Assembly (NCBI GenBank): GCA_045863335.1
Contig: BTVY01000023.1
Location: forward strand, 1 to 64,000
DNA length: 64,000 nt
Direction: 5' to 3'
Origin: Candidatus Hydrogenedentota bacterium
Lineage (GTDB): Bacteria; Hydrogenedentota; Hydrogenedentia; Hydrogenedentales; SLHB01
Part shown: positions 30,800 through 40,427 of the stretch, in pieces
Position numbering within the stretch: position 1 is the first letter of the stretch
Layout of the letters: each line of letters starts with the position of its first letter
Program-made: the position numbers and the translations under genes
The notes under the pieces: model-generated
Databases searched by the model: none
Seen by the model: the letters and a program-made list of their open reading frames with translations, nothing else
What the model was told of the DNA's origin: nothing

Positions 30800-32680
30800 G
30801 TGCGAATCTCCATTCGTCATACCTTGCGTATCGCATTACTCCTGGCAGTCGTGCTCGGCACGGGCTGCTTTGCCGGCGTGTCTCTCAAGCCCGTGCCGAC
30901 AGCGGTTTCGTTTCGTGAGTTGCAGGGAAATGCGCTCAGCACCAACGGGCTGAGCATTCACACGAAACAGTTGCTGCGCACCTACAATCTCCAGGAATCC
31001 TACCTTGAAGATGTGCGTGGCGCATTGAAGGTCCTTCATGAGGAAGCCTGCAAGACCGGCGAACGGCCGATCCTGTTCGGCCTGTCGGAGCTGGCCTGTT
31101 TTGCGGGGATGCGCAGCGAAAAGTCTCAGCCGGAAGCAGCGCTCGCCGAGTACAACAGCGCCGCCCGGTATGCCTACTTCTACCTTTTCGACGAAGGATT
31201 CGGAGCGCCTCCAGACCCCTTCGACCCGCGCTTCCGGCTGGCCTGCAACCTGTACAATTTCTCCCTCGCACGGGTGATCGATCTCGTGCAGCGTTCCGGG
31301 CATCCGATGGCGGAAGACGCGTACGAGATCCCCCTTTGGAACGGATCCGTGCACGTGGACATCGAACGCACGGGCTTCCTGCCGGAGGAGGACATCGACC
31401 GGGTCATGCTGGCCACGGAATACGACGTGGTGGGCATTCGGAATCAGTATCGGACCTTCGGCCTTGGCGTTCCACTAATCGCGGTGGGAGCGAAACCGCC
31501 CAAAGAAAGCTACCTCCCCAAGACCCCAAGTTTTGCGGCCACGGCCTTCCTCCAACTGGACGGCACAATATGCGATCCGGCCGGCGCAAGCGGGACTTTG
31601 GAACTGTTCGATACCATGCAGATTCACTCGGTATACGTTGCGGAGGCGAAGATCCCCCTGGAAACGGACATCACGACGCCGCTGGGGTTTCTGTTGTCGA
31701 ATCCCGAACTGGAGCGCACCGCGTACATCGGGTTGCTGCGCGCCGACCGCGTTGCCGAAGACGGCGGCCTGTATATGCTCGAACCCTATCAGCCCGGCAA
31801 AATTCCCGTCGTGATGATTCACGGGTTGGTGTCCAGCCCGCTCACGTGGGCGGAGATGTTGAACGACCTGCGCGGCCAACCCGAGCTTCGCGAACGGTAC
31901 CAGTTCTGGTTCTACCAATACCCGACTGCATATCCATTTGCTTATCCCGCGAGCCAGTTGCGGAACGCGTTGCGCGAAGTGCGGGAGAATTTTGACCCTG
32001 AGCACAACGATGCCGCCTTCGACGACATGGTCCTGATAGGACATAGCATGGGCGGCCTGATCGCGAAAATGCTGGTCCAGGACAGCGGCGACGCGGTGTG
32101 GGGCGCGATTGCCCGCAAACCCTTGGATGAACTGCATGCGTCGCCCGAGGTTCAAGCGGCCATTCGCGATGTCTTCTATTTCGAACCGCAACCCTTTGTG
32201 AAGCGGGTGATCTTCATTTCCACGCCCCACCGAGGAAGCTCGCTGAGTAAGAGCATCCTGGGGACCGCAGTGTCACTTTTGATTGCAGTGCCGAAAACGT
32301 TACTCGAAGAAGTGTGGTCTTTTATCGACACCAATCCCGGTGCATTGCGCGAGGACGTGAAAAAGCGGCGGCTGACGAGCATCGCCAACCTTTCCCCGGA
32401 CAATCCGGTCATCGAGGTCCTGCAGGAGATCCCCATCGCGCCGGAAGTAACGTACCACACCATTGTCGGCAACGTGGCGGAGAAACCGGACGAGGAAATG
32501 ACGGACGGCGTCGTTCCTTACACCAGTTCCCATCTCGAAGGCGCGGCTTCCGAGAAGATCGTGGAGGCGGGCCATTCCGCGCACTACCATCCGCTGGCGA
32601 TTCTCGAGGTCCGGCGCATTTTGCAGGAACATCTTCAAACCCTTCCCGCGGCGGCCATGGCGGAAGTGCCGGGTCACTGA
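30800..32680 (+). CDS. Alpha/beta-hydrolase (esterase/lipase) lipoprotein
   Basis: Lipobox LGTGC; IHGL, GHSMGG nucleophile elbow, STPHRGS, DGVVPY.S, GHS. Confidence 0.88.
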   Translation: MRISIRHTLRIALLLAVVLGTGCFAGVSLKPVPTAVSFRELQGNALSTNGLSIHTKQLLRTYNLQESYLEDVRGALKVLHEEACKTGERPILFGLSELACFAGMRSEKSQPEAALAEYNSAARYAYFYLFDEGFGAPPDPFDPRFRLACNLYNFSLARVIDLVQRSGHPMAEDAYEIPLWNGSVHVDIERTGFLPEEDIDRVMLATEYDVVGIRNQYRTFGLGVPLIAVGAKPPKESYLPKTPSFAATAFLQLDGTICDPAGASGTLELFDTMQIHSVYVAEAKIPLETDITTPLGFLLSNPELERTAYIGLLRADRVAEDGGLYMLEPYQPGKIPVVMIHGLVSSPLTWAEMLNDLRGQPELRERYQFWFYQYPTAYPFAYPASQLRNALREVRENFDPEHNDAAFDDMVLIGHSMGGLIAKMLVQDSGDAVWGAIARKPLDELHASPEVQAAIRDVFYFEPQPFVKRVIFISTPHRGSSLSKSILGTAVSLLIAVPKTLLEEVWSFIDTNPGALREDVKKRRLTSIANLSPDNPVIEVLQEIPIAPEVTYHTIVGNVAEKPDEEMTDGVVPYTSSHLEGAASEKIVEAGHSAHYHPLAILEVRRILQEHLQTLPAAAMAEVPGH

Positions 32681-32734
32681 TTCGGGAGAGGCCGGCTGCA
32701 ACGAAGCGGCTCCAAGAGACAGAGGAGACCGCTG

Positions 32735-33256
32735 ATGCCGTCCGCACCCCGTAGCCATCCCAACACTTTCCGAGCCTTGTCCTCGTACTGGGCCGATTCG
32801 AATCGCATCGACGACCTTTTAACACGCGAAGAGCACGACTTTGTAGCCGTCGCGGTGCGGGAGTTCCGGCGCCGGTTCGGAGACGTAAAACCGACCGTGG
32901 TGATGCGGATCGAGGGGGTGATCATGCTCTACGTGCTCGCGCGCCGGGCCGGACTTGCGGCACTTCGTGCGGGCCTCGCGCCAACGGATCTAAACCGGCC
33001 GCAGAAAGATGGTAAGACGCCCGCGGCTGATGATGTTTGCAGGGCGCACGATCATCTTCGCAAAGCGGTAAAGGACCTCGAGGACGCAACAGGAGACGGC
33101 GAGACGGCAGTGGCGCAAGGGGTCGCGGACCTTCTCCGGCCGCTGCTCAAGGATACGGAAGGGTTGGCGGAGTCCCTGGCGAATGAGGATCGCGAAGCGG
33201 GGTCGAATAACGGCCTGCCGTCCCGGCGTCGCGACTCCGTTGCGGCGGGGCCGTGA
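32735..33256 (+). CDS. Hypothetical helical protein, putative terminase small subunit
   Basis: RBS GAGGAG; 173 aa, predicted helical; stop overlaps the TerL start (GTGA). The TerS call rests on position and size only. Confidence 0.5.
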   Translation: MPSAPRSHPNTFRALSSYWADSNRIDDLLTREEHDFVAVAVREFRRRFGDVKPTVVMRIEGVIMLYVLARRAGLAALRAGLAPTDLNRPQKDGKTPAADDVCRAHDHLRKAVKDLEDATGDGETAVAQGVADLLRPLLKDTEGLAESLANEDREAGSNNGLPSRRRDSVAAGP

Positions 33257-34731
33257 ACCGGATGCGATCGCCACACTACGAACGCGCCCGGCGAGAGTTG
33301 AAAACCCGCGGTTTCAGCGACGATGCGGTCCGACAGTGGTTGAATCTGCACGAGCGCGCGCGATTCGCCCATGCATACCTCCCCGGCGCGAAGGGCCGGC
33401 CCTGGATGGTGCGGGACTACCAGCGAAAATCCCTCGAATCCTTCGCGCTGCGCAAGGTGCATTGCGATGGTCGTGACGTGGGCAAGACGGCGGAGATCGA
33501 AATCATCGCGGCGTGGGCCATGGTCGCATGCCCCGACACGGAGATGCTCATCGCCACGCAGTGTGAGAATCATCTGTTCCCGTTGATGCACCGGCTCGTG
33601 CGCCGGTTCCAGACAACACCGGCTTTCGCGCCAAGCCTCGTTGAGTTGCGCCGGTCGCCGTCCTGGTTCCTTCGATTCTCTAACGGGTTCGTCCTTTGGG
33701 GGCGCATTGCGGGTCCGCGGGGAATGAATTTCCAAGGGCTTCACGTGGACTGGCAAATCGTGGACGAAGCCCAAGAGATGACCGAGAATTCCTGGGGAGA
33801 GTTGTATCAGGCGTTGAACGGGTGCGGCCGCCGCTGGGTGTATGGCGTGCCAAATGGCTTGCGCAATACCTTCTACCGCATGACGCGCATGCCGGACGCG
33901 GAACAGTACAACTGGCCGTCCACGCTGAACCCGGATTACACGGCCGAGAAAGACGCCGAGTTAACCCTGCTCTACGGCGGCAAGGATTCGCCCGGCTATC
34001 TTCATCGCGTACTCGGACTCCACGGATCACCGGCCCATGCCGTCTTTAATCTCGACCACTATCAGGAATGCGTAGACGACGGTATTGACTTCCTGGCGCT
34101 GACTGTGGACGAGCAAGACCCGCTTGATCTGCCGGGCGCCACCGAACCGGGGGAATACTACCTCGGCTGTGATCTGGGCTACGCGCGCGACCCGTCGGAA
34201 TTCGTCGTGTTCCGAGCCGAGCCGCCGCACTTGACCAACGTGATACGGGTGCATCTTCGGGGCGTAAACTATGCGCGGCAACAGGAGATCATTGTCGAAC
34301 TGGACGCGGCGTTTGACTTCCGCTCCATCGGGATTGACTGCGGAAACAATGGCCGTGCTGTCGCCCACAATCTCATGGCGCAGGGGCCGTTGTGGTGCGA
34401 GAAGGTTCGCGCCTTCGAGTTCGGTTCGGTTTTGGAACTGGAACCGTTGCCGGACGGCCGTCCCGACCGACGCCCCATGAAGACGTTCATGACCGAATTG
34501 CTCCAGCGACACTTGGCAGACCGGTCGGTCGTGTTTCCGCGCTTGCCGGACCGCGAAACGCAGTATGCCTCGCACACGTACTCAATCGGCATCAGCGGTC
34601 AAGTGCTGTTTGAGAAGGGCAACGATCACATCATCGACGCCGACCGATGCGCCGTGCTCGCCCATTATCTCGACACCCAGCGCGGGACCGCGGCGCCGTC
34701 AATTGGCCGTATGCGGCTGGAAGGATTCTGA
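33253..34731 (+). CDS. Phage-type terminase large subunit (ATPase + RNase H-like nuclease), orphan
   Basis: Adenine-binding RDYQ, Walker A GRDVGKT, Walker B QIVDEAQ, coupling-motif region GVPNG..NTFY, nuclease acidic motifs YLGCDLG..RD, IGIDCGNNG, NDHIIDA. Confidence 0.88.
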   Translation: MNRMRSPHYERARRELKTRGFSDDAVRQWLNLHERARFAHAYLPGAKGRPWMVRDYQRKSLESFALRKVHCDGRDVGKTAEIEIIAAWAMVACPDTEMLIATQCENHLFPLMHRLVRRFQTTPAFAPSLVELRRSPSWFLRFSNGFVLWGRIAGPRGMNFQGLHVDWQIVDEAQEMTENSWGELYQALNGCGRRWVYGVPNGLRNTFYRMTRMPDAEQYNWPSTLNPDYTAEKDAELTLLYGGKDSPGYLHRVLGLHGSPAHAVFNLDHYQECVDDGIDFLALTVDEQDPLDLPGATEPGEYYLGCDLGYARDPSEFVVFRAEPPHLTNVIRVHLRGVNYARQQEIIVELDAAFDFRSIGIDCGNNGRAVAHNLMAQGPLWCEKVRAFEFGSVLELEPLPDGRPDRRPMKTFMTELLQRHLADRSVVFPRLPDRETQYASHTYSIGISGQVLFEKGNDHIIDADRCAVLAHYLDTQRGTAAPSIGRMRLEGF

Positions 34732-34743
34732 TCTTGCGGTCTC

Positions 34744-36822
34744 TCACAGACCGTTCAGCACGTTGCTTACCCGCTCGGTGAGCACGTCCGCCGTAAAGGG
34801 TTTCTGAATGAAGCGGTCTCCCAGTTGCTCCGCGATAAACCGGGAATCGCGGTTTTCGATATGGCCGGACATGAACAAAATCCGCATGTTCGGCCAAGTC
34901 TCAAGGATGCTCTCCGCCAGATCGCGGCCCGAAGGTCCAGGCATGACCATATCCGTCAACACCAGATCAATGGCCGTCCCCTGCCTCTGGAGAATTCGCA
35001 ACGCTTCACGAGCATTCGGGGCGGCGAGAACCGTGTACCCCTCCTTCTGAAGGATCCGTTCCACGACCTTACGGACCGACTCTTCATCCTCCACAACAAG
35101 AACCGTGCCTTCCGCATCGGTTCTCCGATCGCGCGGCGCTGGGGAATCAGCGTCTTCCTCGGTGTGCTCCGCCACCGGCATCGCGATCGTAAAGACCGAT
35201 CCCTGGCCGGGCGTACTCTCGGCCACGATCTTGCCGTCACAACTTCGGACAATGGCGTACACGGTGGAAAGCCCCAAACCGGTTCCTTGACCCTCCTCCT
35301 TTGTCGTAAAGAACGGTTCAAAGATACGGGCGAGGACTTCCGGATCCATTCCCATGCCCGTATCGGAAACGCTGAGGTGTACGAAACTGCCGTCCGGCGC
35401 TTCCTGAAGCGCTTTGCGCAACCTGGGCCGGTCCACACGGGTACGCACGGTGATCGCGCCGCCTCGCGGCATGGCGTCGCGCGCATTCACCACCAGATTC
35501 AGTAACACCTGTTCGATCTGACTGATGTCCGCATAGATGTCTGGCAACGACGAGGCCAACTGCACGTCGAGCCTGATGTTCTCGCCGATGAGACGGCGCA
35601 GCAATTCGTGCATATTCTTGATGATCTGATTGAGATTCACCACGCGACGGCTCGCGACCTGACGCCGGCTGAAGGTTAGTAGCTGCCGGGTCAGGGCAGC
35701 GCCGCGCTCGGCGATGCCAAGAATCTCCTCGGCTCCAGACTGCACGGCTTGTGTATCCCCGGGCTGGCCTGCCATCAAGTCGGCGGTGCCCATGATGGCA
35801 GTGAGCAGATTGTTGAAATCATGAGCGACGCCGCCGGCCAGCCGGCCAACCGCTTCCATCTTTTGGGCCTGCCGAAATTGATCTTCGAGCTTCCGAAGAT
35901 CAGTCACGTCGAGCCCGTAAATAAGCACATGCGTCACATTGCCGTTTTCGTCAAGAATGGGTTTGTGCGTGCGAATCCAGTGTTCGACGTCTCCCGATTC
36001 AAGCGGGAATCGTTCGTCGAACTGCATCACCTCCTTGCGCGCCACCACAAGATTGACCCACTCGGTGCGTTGTTTGCCGATCTCGGGATTGATCCCGCGG
36101 TATTCGCAGTACTCCTCCATCGTCTGCCCGATAATCCAGGATCGTGTTTCCGGGTCTGGAACCGCGCTGGGAGAAGCGTACTCGTACCGGCACGAACTGT
36201 CGACCATGGCAATGTGCGCGGGCAGCAAGGCCAGCAGCTCCTCATAGAATTCACGCAGTCGTATCGCTTCCAGTTCGGCCCGGCGCCGCTCCTCGATATT
36301 CTGCGTGATGGACAGGATGCAACGTTCGCCATTCAATGTAATGAGCCGCGCATAGAATAGACCGTGAATGACCTCGCCACCCTTCTTGCGGACGCGAATC
36401 TCCAACCCATTAATCTCGCCGTCTTGACGTAGCGCATCCACAATGCGCTGCCGGTTCTCGCCATCCGCCCAGAGGCCGATCTCGGCGGAAGTGTGTCCGA
36501 TGATCTCCTCCCGAGCGTAACCGGTCCGCATAATGAACGCTTCGTTTACATCGAAGAATCGTCCATCGGCGAGCGTAGCAATCGACATGGAGAAGGGGCT
36601 GTCTTCGTAGATAAACTGGCGGAAATCCTGCGCATGGGCGCGGCGGGCCATTTCCTCGTCGAGCGCCTTGTACAGCCGTTCATTCTCCGCGAGGAGACTC
36701 CCCAGCGATTCCTGAATGGCGTCACATGCCTCTGTGCCGCCGGGCAGATCCTTAACCAGTCTGCTCAGTCCGGACAATTCGGCTCGGACCTTCGCCTCTA
36801 TATTGTTCTTCTGATTTGTCAC
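34744..36822 (-). CDS. Cytoplasmic PAS-PAS hybrid histidine kinase/response regulator
   Basis: Two PAS domains, AGGVAHDFNNLL, NLVVNARDA, DTGMGM, FEPFFTTK, GTGLGL, receiver (VVEDE, TDMVMP, KPF). Confidence 0.94.
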   Translation of the reverse strand: MTNQKNNIEAKVRAELSGLSRLVKDLPGGTEACDAIQESLGSLLAENERLYKALDEEMARRAHAQDFRQFIYEDSPFSMSIATLADGRFFDVNEAFIMRTGYAREEIIGHTSAEIGLWADGENRQRIVDALRQDGEINGLEIRVRKKGGEVIHGLFYARLITLNGERCILSITQNIEERRRAELEAIRLREFYEELLALLPAHIAMVDSSCRYEYASPSAVPDPETRSWIIGQTMEEYCEYRGINPEIGKQRTEWVNLVVARKEVMQFDERFPLESGDVEHWIRTHKPILDENGNVTHVLIYGLDVTDLRKLEDQFRQAQKMEAVGRLAGGVAHDFNNLLTAIMGTADLMAGQPGDTQAVQSGAEEILGIAERGAALTRQLLTFSRRQVASRRVVNLNQIIKNMHELLRRLIGENIRLDVQLASSLPDIYADISQIEQVLLNLVVNARDAMPRGGAITVRTRVDRPRLRKALQEAPDGSFVHLSVSDTGMGMDPEVLARIFEPFFTTKEEGQGTGLGLSTVYAIVRSCDGKIVAESTPGQGSVFTIAMPVAEHTEEDADSPAPRDRRTDAEGTVLVVEDEESVRKVVERILQKEGYTVLAAPNAREALRILQRQGTAIDLVLTDMVMPGPSGRDLAESILETWPNMRILFMSGHIENRDSRFIAEQLGDRFIQKPFTADVLTERVSNVLNGL

Positions 36823-36882
36823 CCGAATCCAATCTGGTTTTTGAACTGGCTCTCCGGCTCCTACTGTCGTAATCGATCGTCG

Positions 36883-37854
36883 CTACCCGTTGGACATTGA
36901 GCCCACGGGAAACAGTGACTCGACCCGCGCCGTGCATTCACTCGAAAGCGTCACGTTCGCAGCAGCGATATTCTCCTTCAATTGCGCCACCGAGGTGGCT
37001 CCAAGAATGACGCTGGACACGTTTGAATTTGCGAGGCACCACGCGATCGCGATCTGTGTGGCGGTCATTCCCTGCTCTTCGGCGATCGCGGCCAGTTCCT
37101 GCGCACGGACCTTGTTGGTTTCCTTCCAGTACATATCCTTGATGACTGCGTTCTGCCGGTCGTCCGCTGCGCGGCTCCCGGGCGGAGCATCCTCACCCGG
37201 CTTGTACTTCCCAGTCAACATGCCGTGGGCGAGGGGGGAGAAGGTCACGTTGCCAATCCCCTCGGCTTCGGTCGTTGGAAACAGGTGAGTCTCCGGATGC
37301 CGGTACAGGAGGTTGTAGCGGGGCTGGCTGACTGCGATGGGCCGCGCGCCCAGTTCGCGGGAGAGCGCGTTGGCCTGCACGATGAGTGTCGCGGGCCATT
37401 CGCTGATCCCCCAGTAGATGATCTTCCCCGCGCGGGCGAGGTCTTCCATCGCCCGCACCGTTTCCTCCAGCGGCGTCGACGGGTCGGGACGGTGGCACAT
37501 GTAGATATCCACATAGTCCATGCCGAGCCGTTTGAGGCTTGCGTCGCACTGTTCGCGGATGTGCTTTGCGGAAAGACCGCGATCATTCGGGCCGTCGCCC
37601 ATGGGCGCCCAGACTTTCGTCAGTACAACCAGGTCCGAGCGGGCAAACTCGGCCAAATGCTTGCCGAGCATGCGTTCCCCCTCCCCCATGTTGTACGCAT
37701 TGGCCGTATCGAAGTAGTTTATGCCGTTATCGTAGGCGAAGCGGATCGTGTCTCGCGAGGTCTCGTCGTCGCAAGTCATTCCGATGGTCAAATAGCTGCC
37801 CAGACCCAGCGCGCTGACTCGCACGCCCCACTTCCCTAGCTGTCGGTACCGCAT
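36883..37854 (-). CDS. Aldo/keto reductase (Kv-beta-like)
   Basis: MRYRQLG..G..VS, FDTANAY, GLSAKHI, HRPD, WGISEW, SPLA.G.LTGKY. Confidence 0.93.
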   Translation of the reverse strand: MRYRQLGKWGVRVSALGLGSYLTIGMTCDDETSRDTIRFAYDNGINYFDTANAYNMGEGERMLGKHLAEFARSDLVVLTKVWAPMGDGPNDRGLSAKHIREQCDASLKRLGMDYVDIYMCHRPDPSTPLEETVRAMEDLARAGKIIYWGISEWPATLIVQANALSRELGARPIAVSQPRYNLLYRHPETHLFPTTEAEGIGNVTFSPLAHGMLTGKYKPGEDAPPGSRAADDRQNAVIKDMYWKETNKVRAQELAAIAEEQGMTATQIAIAWCLANSNVSSVILGATSVAQLKENIAAANVTLSSECTARVESLFPVGSMSNG

Positions 37855-38065
37855 GGAACCCTCCAATCTATTCGTTTGCCATCGTAGCAACCAGAACCGG
37901 CTGGCGCAATGACAAGCGTTTACGGACCAAACCGCTCTTGCAACATCGCTCCAAGACGTGTCAACGCACAACGGAAATGTCCGACCCAAGACGTTTGTCC
38001 CGTCGAATCAAAGTGGCTATGCTCGCCGTGGACAAACCGTCAACTGTTGACATTCTGGACGGCCT

Positions 38066-38869
38066 ATGAAACCGGAACTGTTTGAATTCCTGGGGATACC
38101 GATCTACTCGTACCGGCTTTTGCTGGCTGTTGCCTTCGTTCTATGCACCTTGCTCGCCGTTCGCGCGTCGGAGCGGCAGTCCGGTGGCGTCCGTCTCGTT
38201 CCCTTCATGGGGATTTGGGCCTTGGGCGGCGCCCTGTTGGGCGCGCGTACTTTTTACGTTTTACAGTATCGGAGCCCCGCGGAATACTGGACGGCCATGG
38301 TCGTGTGGGAAGGAGGCCTGGTGTTCTACGGCGGGCTGTTGGGTGGCGCTGCGGCGGTGGCCATCCACTGGAGACTGCACCGCACCCCTTTCCTGAAGAG
38401 TGCCGACGTTGTCGCTCCATATCTCGCTCTGGGAGAGGCAATTACGCGGATCGGGTGCTTCCTGAACGGATGCTGCTATGGCGCGTTGACGCACGTACCT
38501 TGGGGAATGCGTTTCCCACCAGGCAGCGTGGCGTACCAGGCCCAACTGGACTCGGGTTTGATCACAACCGCCGACCTGCGCGCCCACGCCTGCCACCCCA
38601 CGCAACTCTATATGGCGCTTGGACTACTTCTGGTATTCGGATTGCTGCACCCATTGCGTCTGCGCCAGCTTCAGGCTGGATTCACGGTGTGCGGATACCT
38701 CCTTCTGTATGGTATTCTGCGTTTTCTCGTCGAATTCTTACGCGGCGACAGCGCCCGTTCGGTATTCGGGATGACCGTCTCACAGGTGATTAGTCTCGCG
38801 TTGATCATCGGGGCCGGTTCGCTGTTGGCGAGCCGATACTTCCGGGTCTCTACAACGGAGATTCCATAA
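38066..38869 (+). CDS. lgt: Prolipoprotein diacylglyceryl transferase
   Basis: GG.VFYGG, RIGCFLNGCCYG, HPTQLY, RF.VEFLRGD. Confidence 0.9.
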   Translation: MKPELFEFLGIPIYSYRLLLAVAFVLCTLLAVRASERQSGGVRLVPFMGIWALGGALLGARTFYVLQYRSPAEYWTAMVVWEGGLVFYGGLLGGAAAVAIHWRLHRTPFLKSADVVAPYLALGEAITRIGCFLNGCCYGALTHVPWGMRFPPGSVAYQAQLDSGLITTADLRAHACHPTQLYMALGLLLVFGLLHPLRLRQLQAGFTVCGYLLLYGILRFLVEFLRGDSARSVFGMTVSQVISLALIIGAGSLLASRYFRVSTTEIP

Positions 38870-38960
38870 GGGTGCACGTGTAGGTGGTGAAAACCGAAGC
38901 GTTGCCCCAACCGTCAATCCCGGTGATACGTGGTCAGTCAGCGCCCGGCGCGCACGGAGT

Positions 38961-40412
38961 ATGTACAAAATGAAGCGAGTCCTGCTCATGGTCACCTTGA
39001 TGTTCTTCCCCAGACTGCTTGCGGCCCAGTCTCTGGACATATCGAGCCTGGAGGGAGAAAGCTGGTACGGGCTTTACCTGAACGGGCAGAAGTCCGGATA
39101 TTCGATGCACGTGGTAAAAAAGGCCGACGACGGCACGGTCAGCGTGCAGGAGGACGCCCATTTCCGGATGAACATGGCGGGGGTGCCCCAGGACATGCGC
39201 ATGTTCGCGAACCGTATCTACGCGGCGGACGGCCGGCTACTATCCGTCGAATCGACTATCGATGATGCGAGAAGCACCTCGCGTTTCAACGCGATTGTCG
39301 AGGGCGACAACCTGATACTGCGCGCGGACATTGGTGGCGCCGTCACGGAGCAGGAGTTCCCTCGGCCGAAGGAATCGCTGGAGGACGCATTGAAGCAGGT
39401 AGAACTGGTTCAAGGCGAGGCCAAAGTCGGCGATGCGCTCACCTTCACGACCTTCGAGCCCATGAAACCGGGAGAAATCAAAGGGCGCAGCGAGATCCTT
39501 GCGATCGAGGAGCGCCTGCTCGAGGGCGCGCCGACCAAGGTATACAAAATCCGCACCACCATGGACTTCATGGGCATCGAAACGGTGTCGTACGTCACCG
39601 AACAAGGGACAACGCTGGAGGACATCACGGCCGGACAAATTACGATGCGTCTGGAGCCGGAAGAAATCGCCAAGGATGTCGACTACAGCAACGACGTGAT
39701 CGTTTCCAACGCGGCCATGGTGGACGAAATCATTACCGACCCCCGGACCCGGAATGGTCTCAGGCTGCGGCTGTCGGGACCGCTCTCGCCCGCGCACTTG
39801 TTCAACGATGAGCGCCAGTTTCTTACGAAGAACGGGGACGGGTACGAGTTCATCGCCAAAGCGGTAACCCTGGAAGGCTTCGAAACCGCGCAAATTCCCA
39901 TAACCGATGAAAAGGTGGCGCAGTGGCTGGAGCCGACCCTGTTCGTCCAATGCGATGATCCCCGTATTGTGGAGAAGGCCAAGGAGATTGTCGGCGACGA
40001 AACCGATTCACTCAAGGCGTCTGCACTCCTGAGCGAATGGGTCTACAAGAACGTCAATACCATCTTCTCTGCACGGCTGACCAACGCCCTGGAAGTGCTG
40101 GACAGCCTTGAGGGCGATTGCACAGAGCACAGTATTCTCTTCGTGGCGCTGGCGCGGGCAGCCGGTATCCCCGCGCGCGAAGTGGCGGGGTTGATCTACA
40201 TGGATGCGGGTACGCGGCCGGGCTTCTACTTCCATCAGTGGGCGAAGGTCTGGGTCGGCAAGTGGATTGACGTGGACCCAACCTGGAATCAGCCCCTTGC
40301 CGACGTGACGCATATCAAACTCGCCGAGGGGGATCTATTCCAGCAGGCTCAGCTCATCCCCATCATCGGACAGATCAAGGTGGAGGTGCTCGACGAAGCG
40401 TCCGGCGGTTGA
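38961..40412 (+). CDS. Exported transglutaminase-like (Cys-His-Asp) protein
   Basis: Signal peptide; GDCTEHS, ARAAGIPAR, FHQW, W.DVDPT. Confidence 0.88.
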   Translation: MYKMKRVLLMVTLMFFPRLLAAQSLDISSLEGESWYGLYLNGQKSGYSMHVVKKADDGTVSVQEDAHFRMNMAGVPQDMRMFANRIYAADGRLLSVESTIDDARSTSRFNAIVEGDNLILRADIGGAVTEQEFPRPKESLEDALKQVELVQGEAKVGDALTFTTFEPMKPGEIKGRSEILAIEERLLEGAPTKVYKIRTTMDFMGIETVSYVTEQGTTLEDITAGQITMRLEPEEIAKDVDYSNDVIVSNAAMVDEIITDPRTRNGLRLRLSGPLSPAHLFNDERQFLTKNGDGYEFIAKAVTLEGFETAQIPITDEKVAQWLEPTLFVQCDDPRIVEKAKEIVGDETDSLKASALLSEWVYKNVNTIFSARLTNALEVLDSLEGDCTEHSILFVALARAAGIPAREVAGLIYMDAGTRPGFYFHQWAKVWVGKWIDVDPTWNQPLADVTHIKLAEGDLFQQAQLIPIIGQIKVEVLDEASGG

Positions 40413-40427
40413 ACAAGGTGACGTGGC

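Noticed and set aside
30000-37000. Prophage around the terminase
   Set aside because: Flanking genes are ordinary host genes; no structural, integrase or lysis genes and no evident compositional shift.
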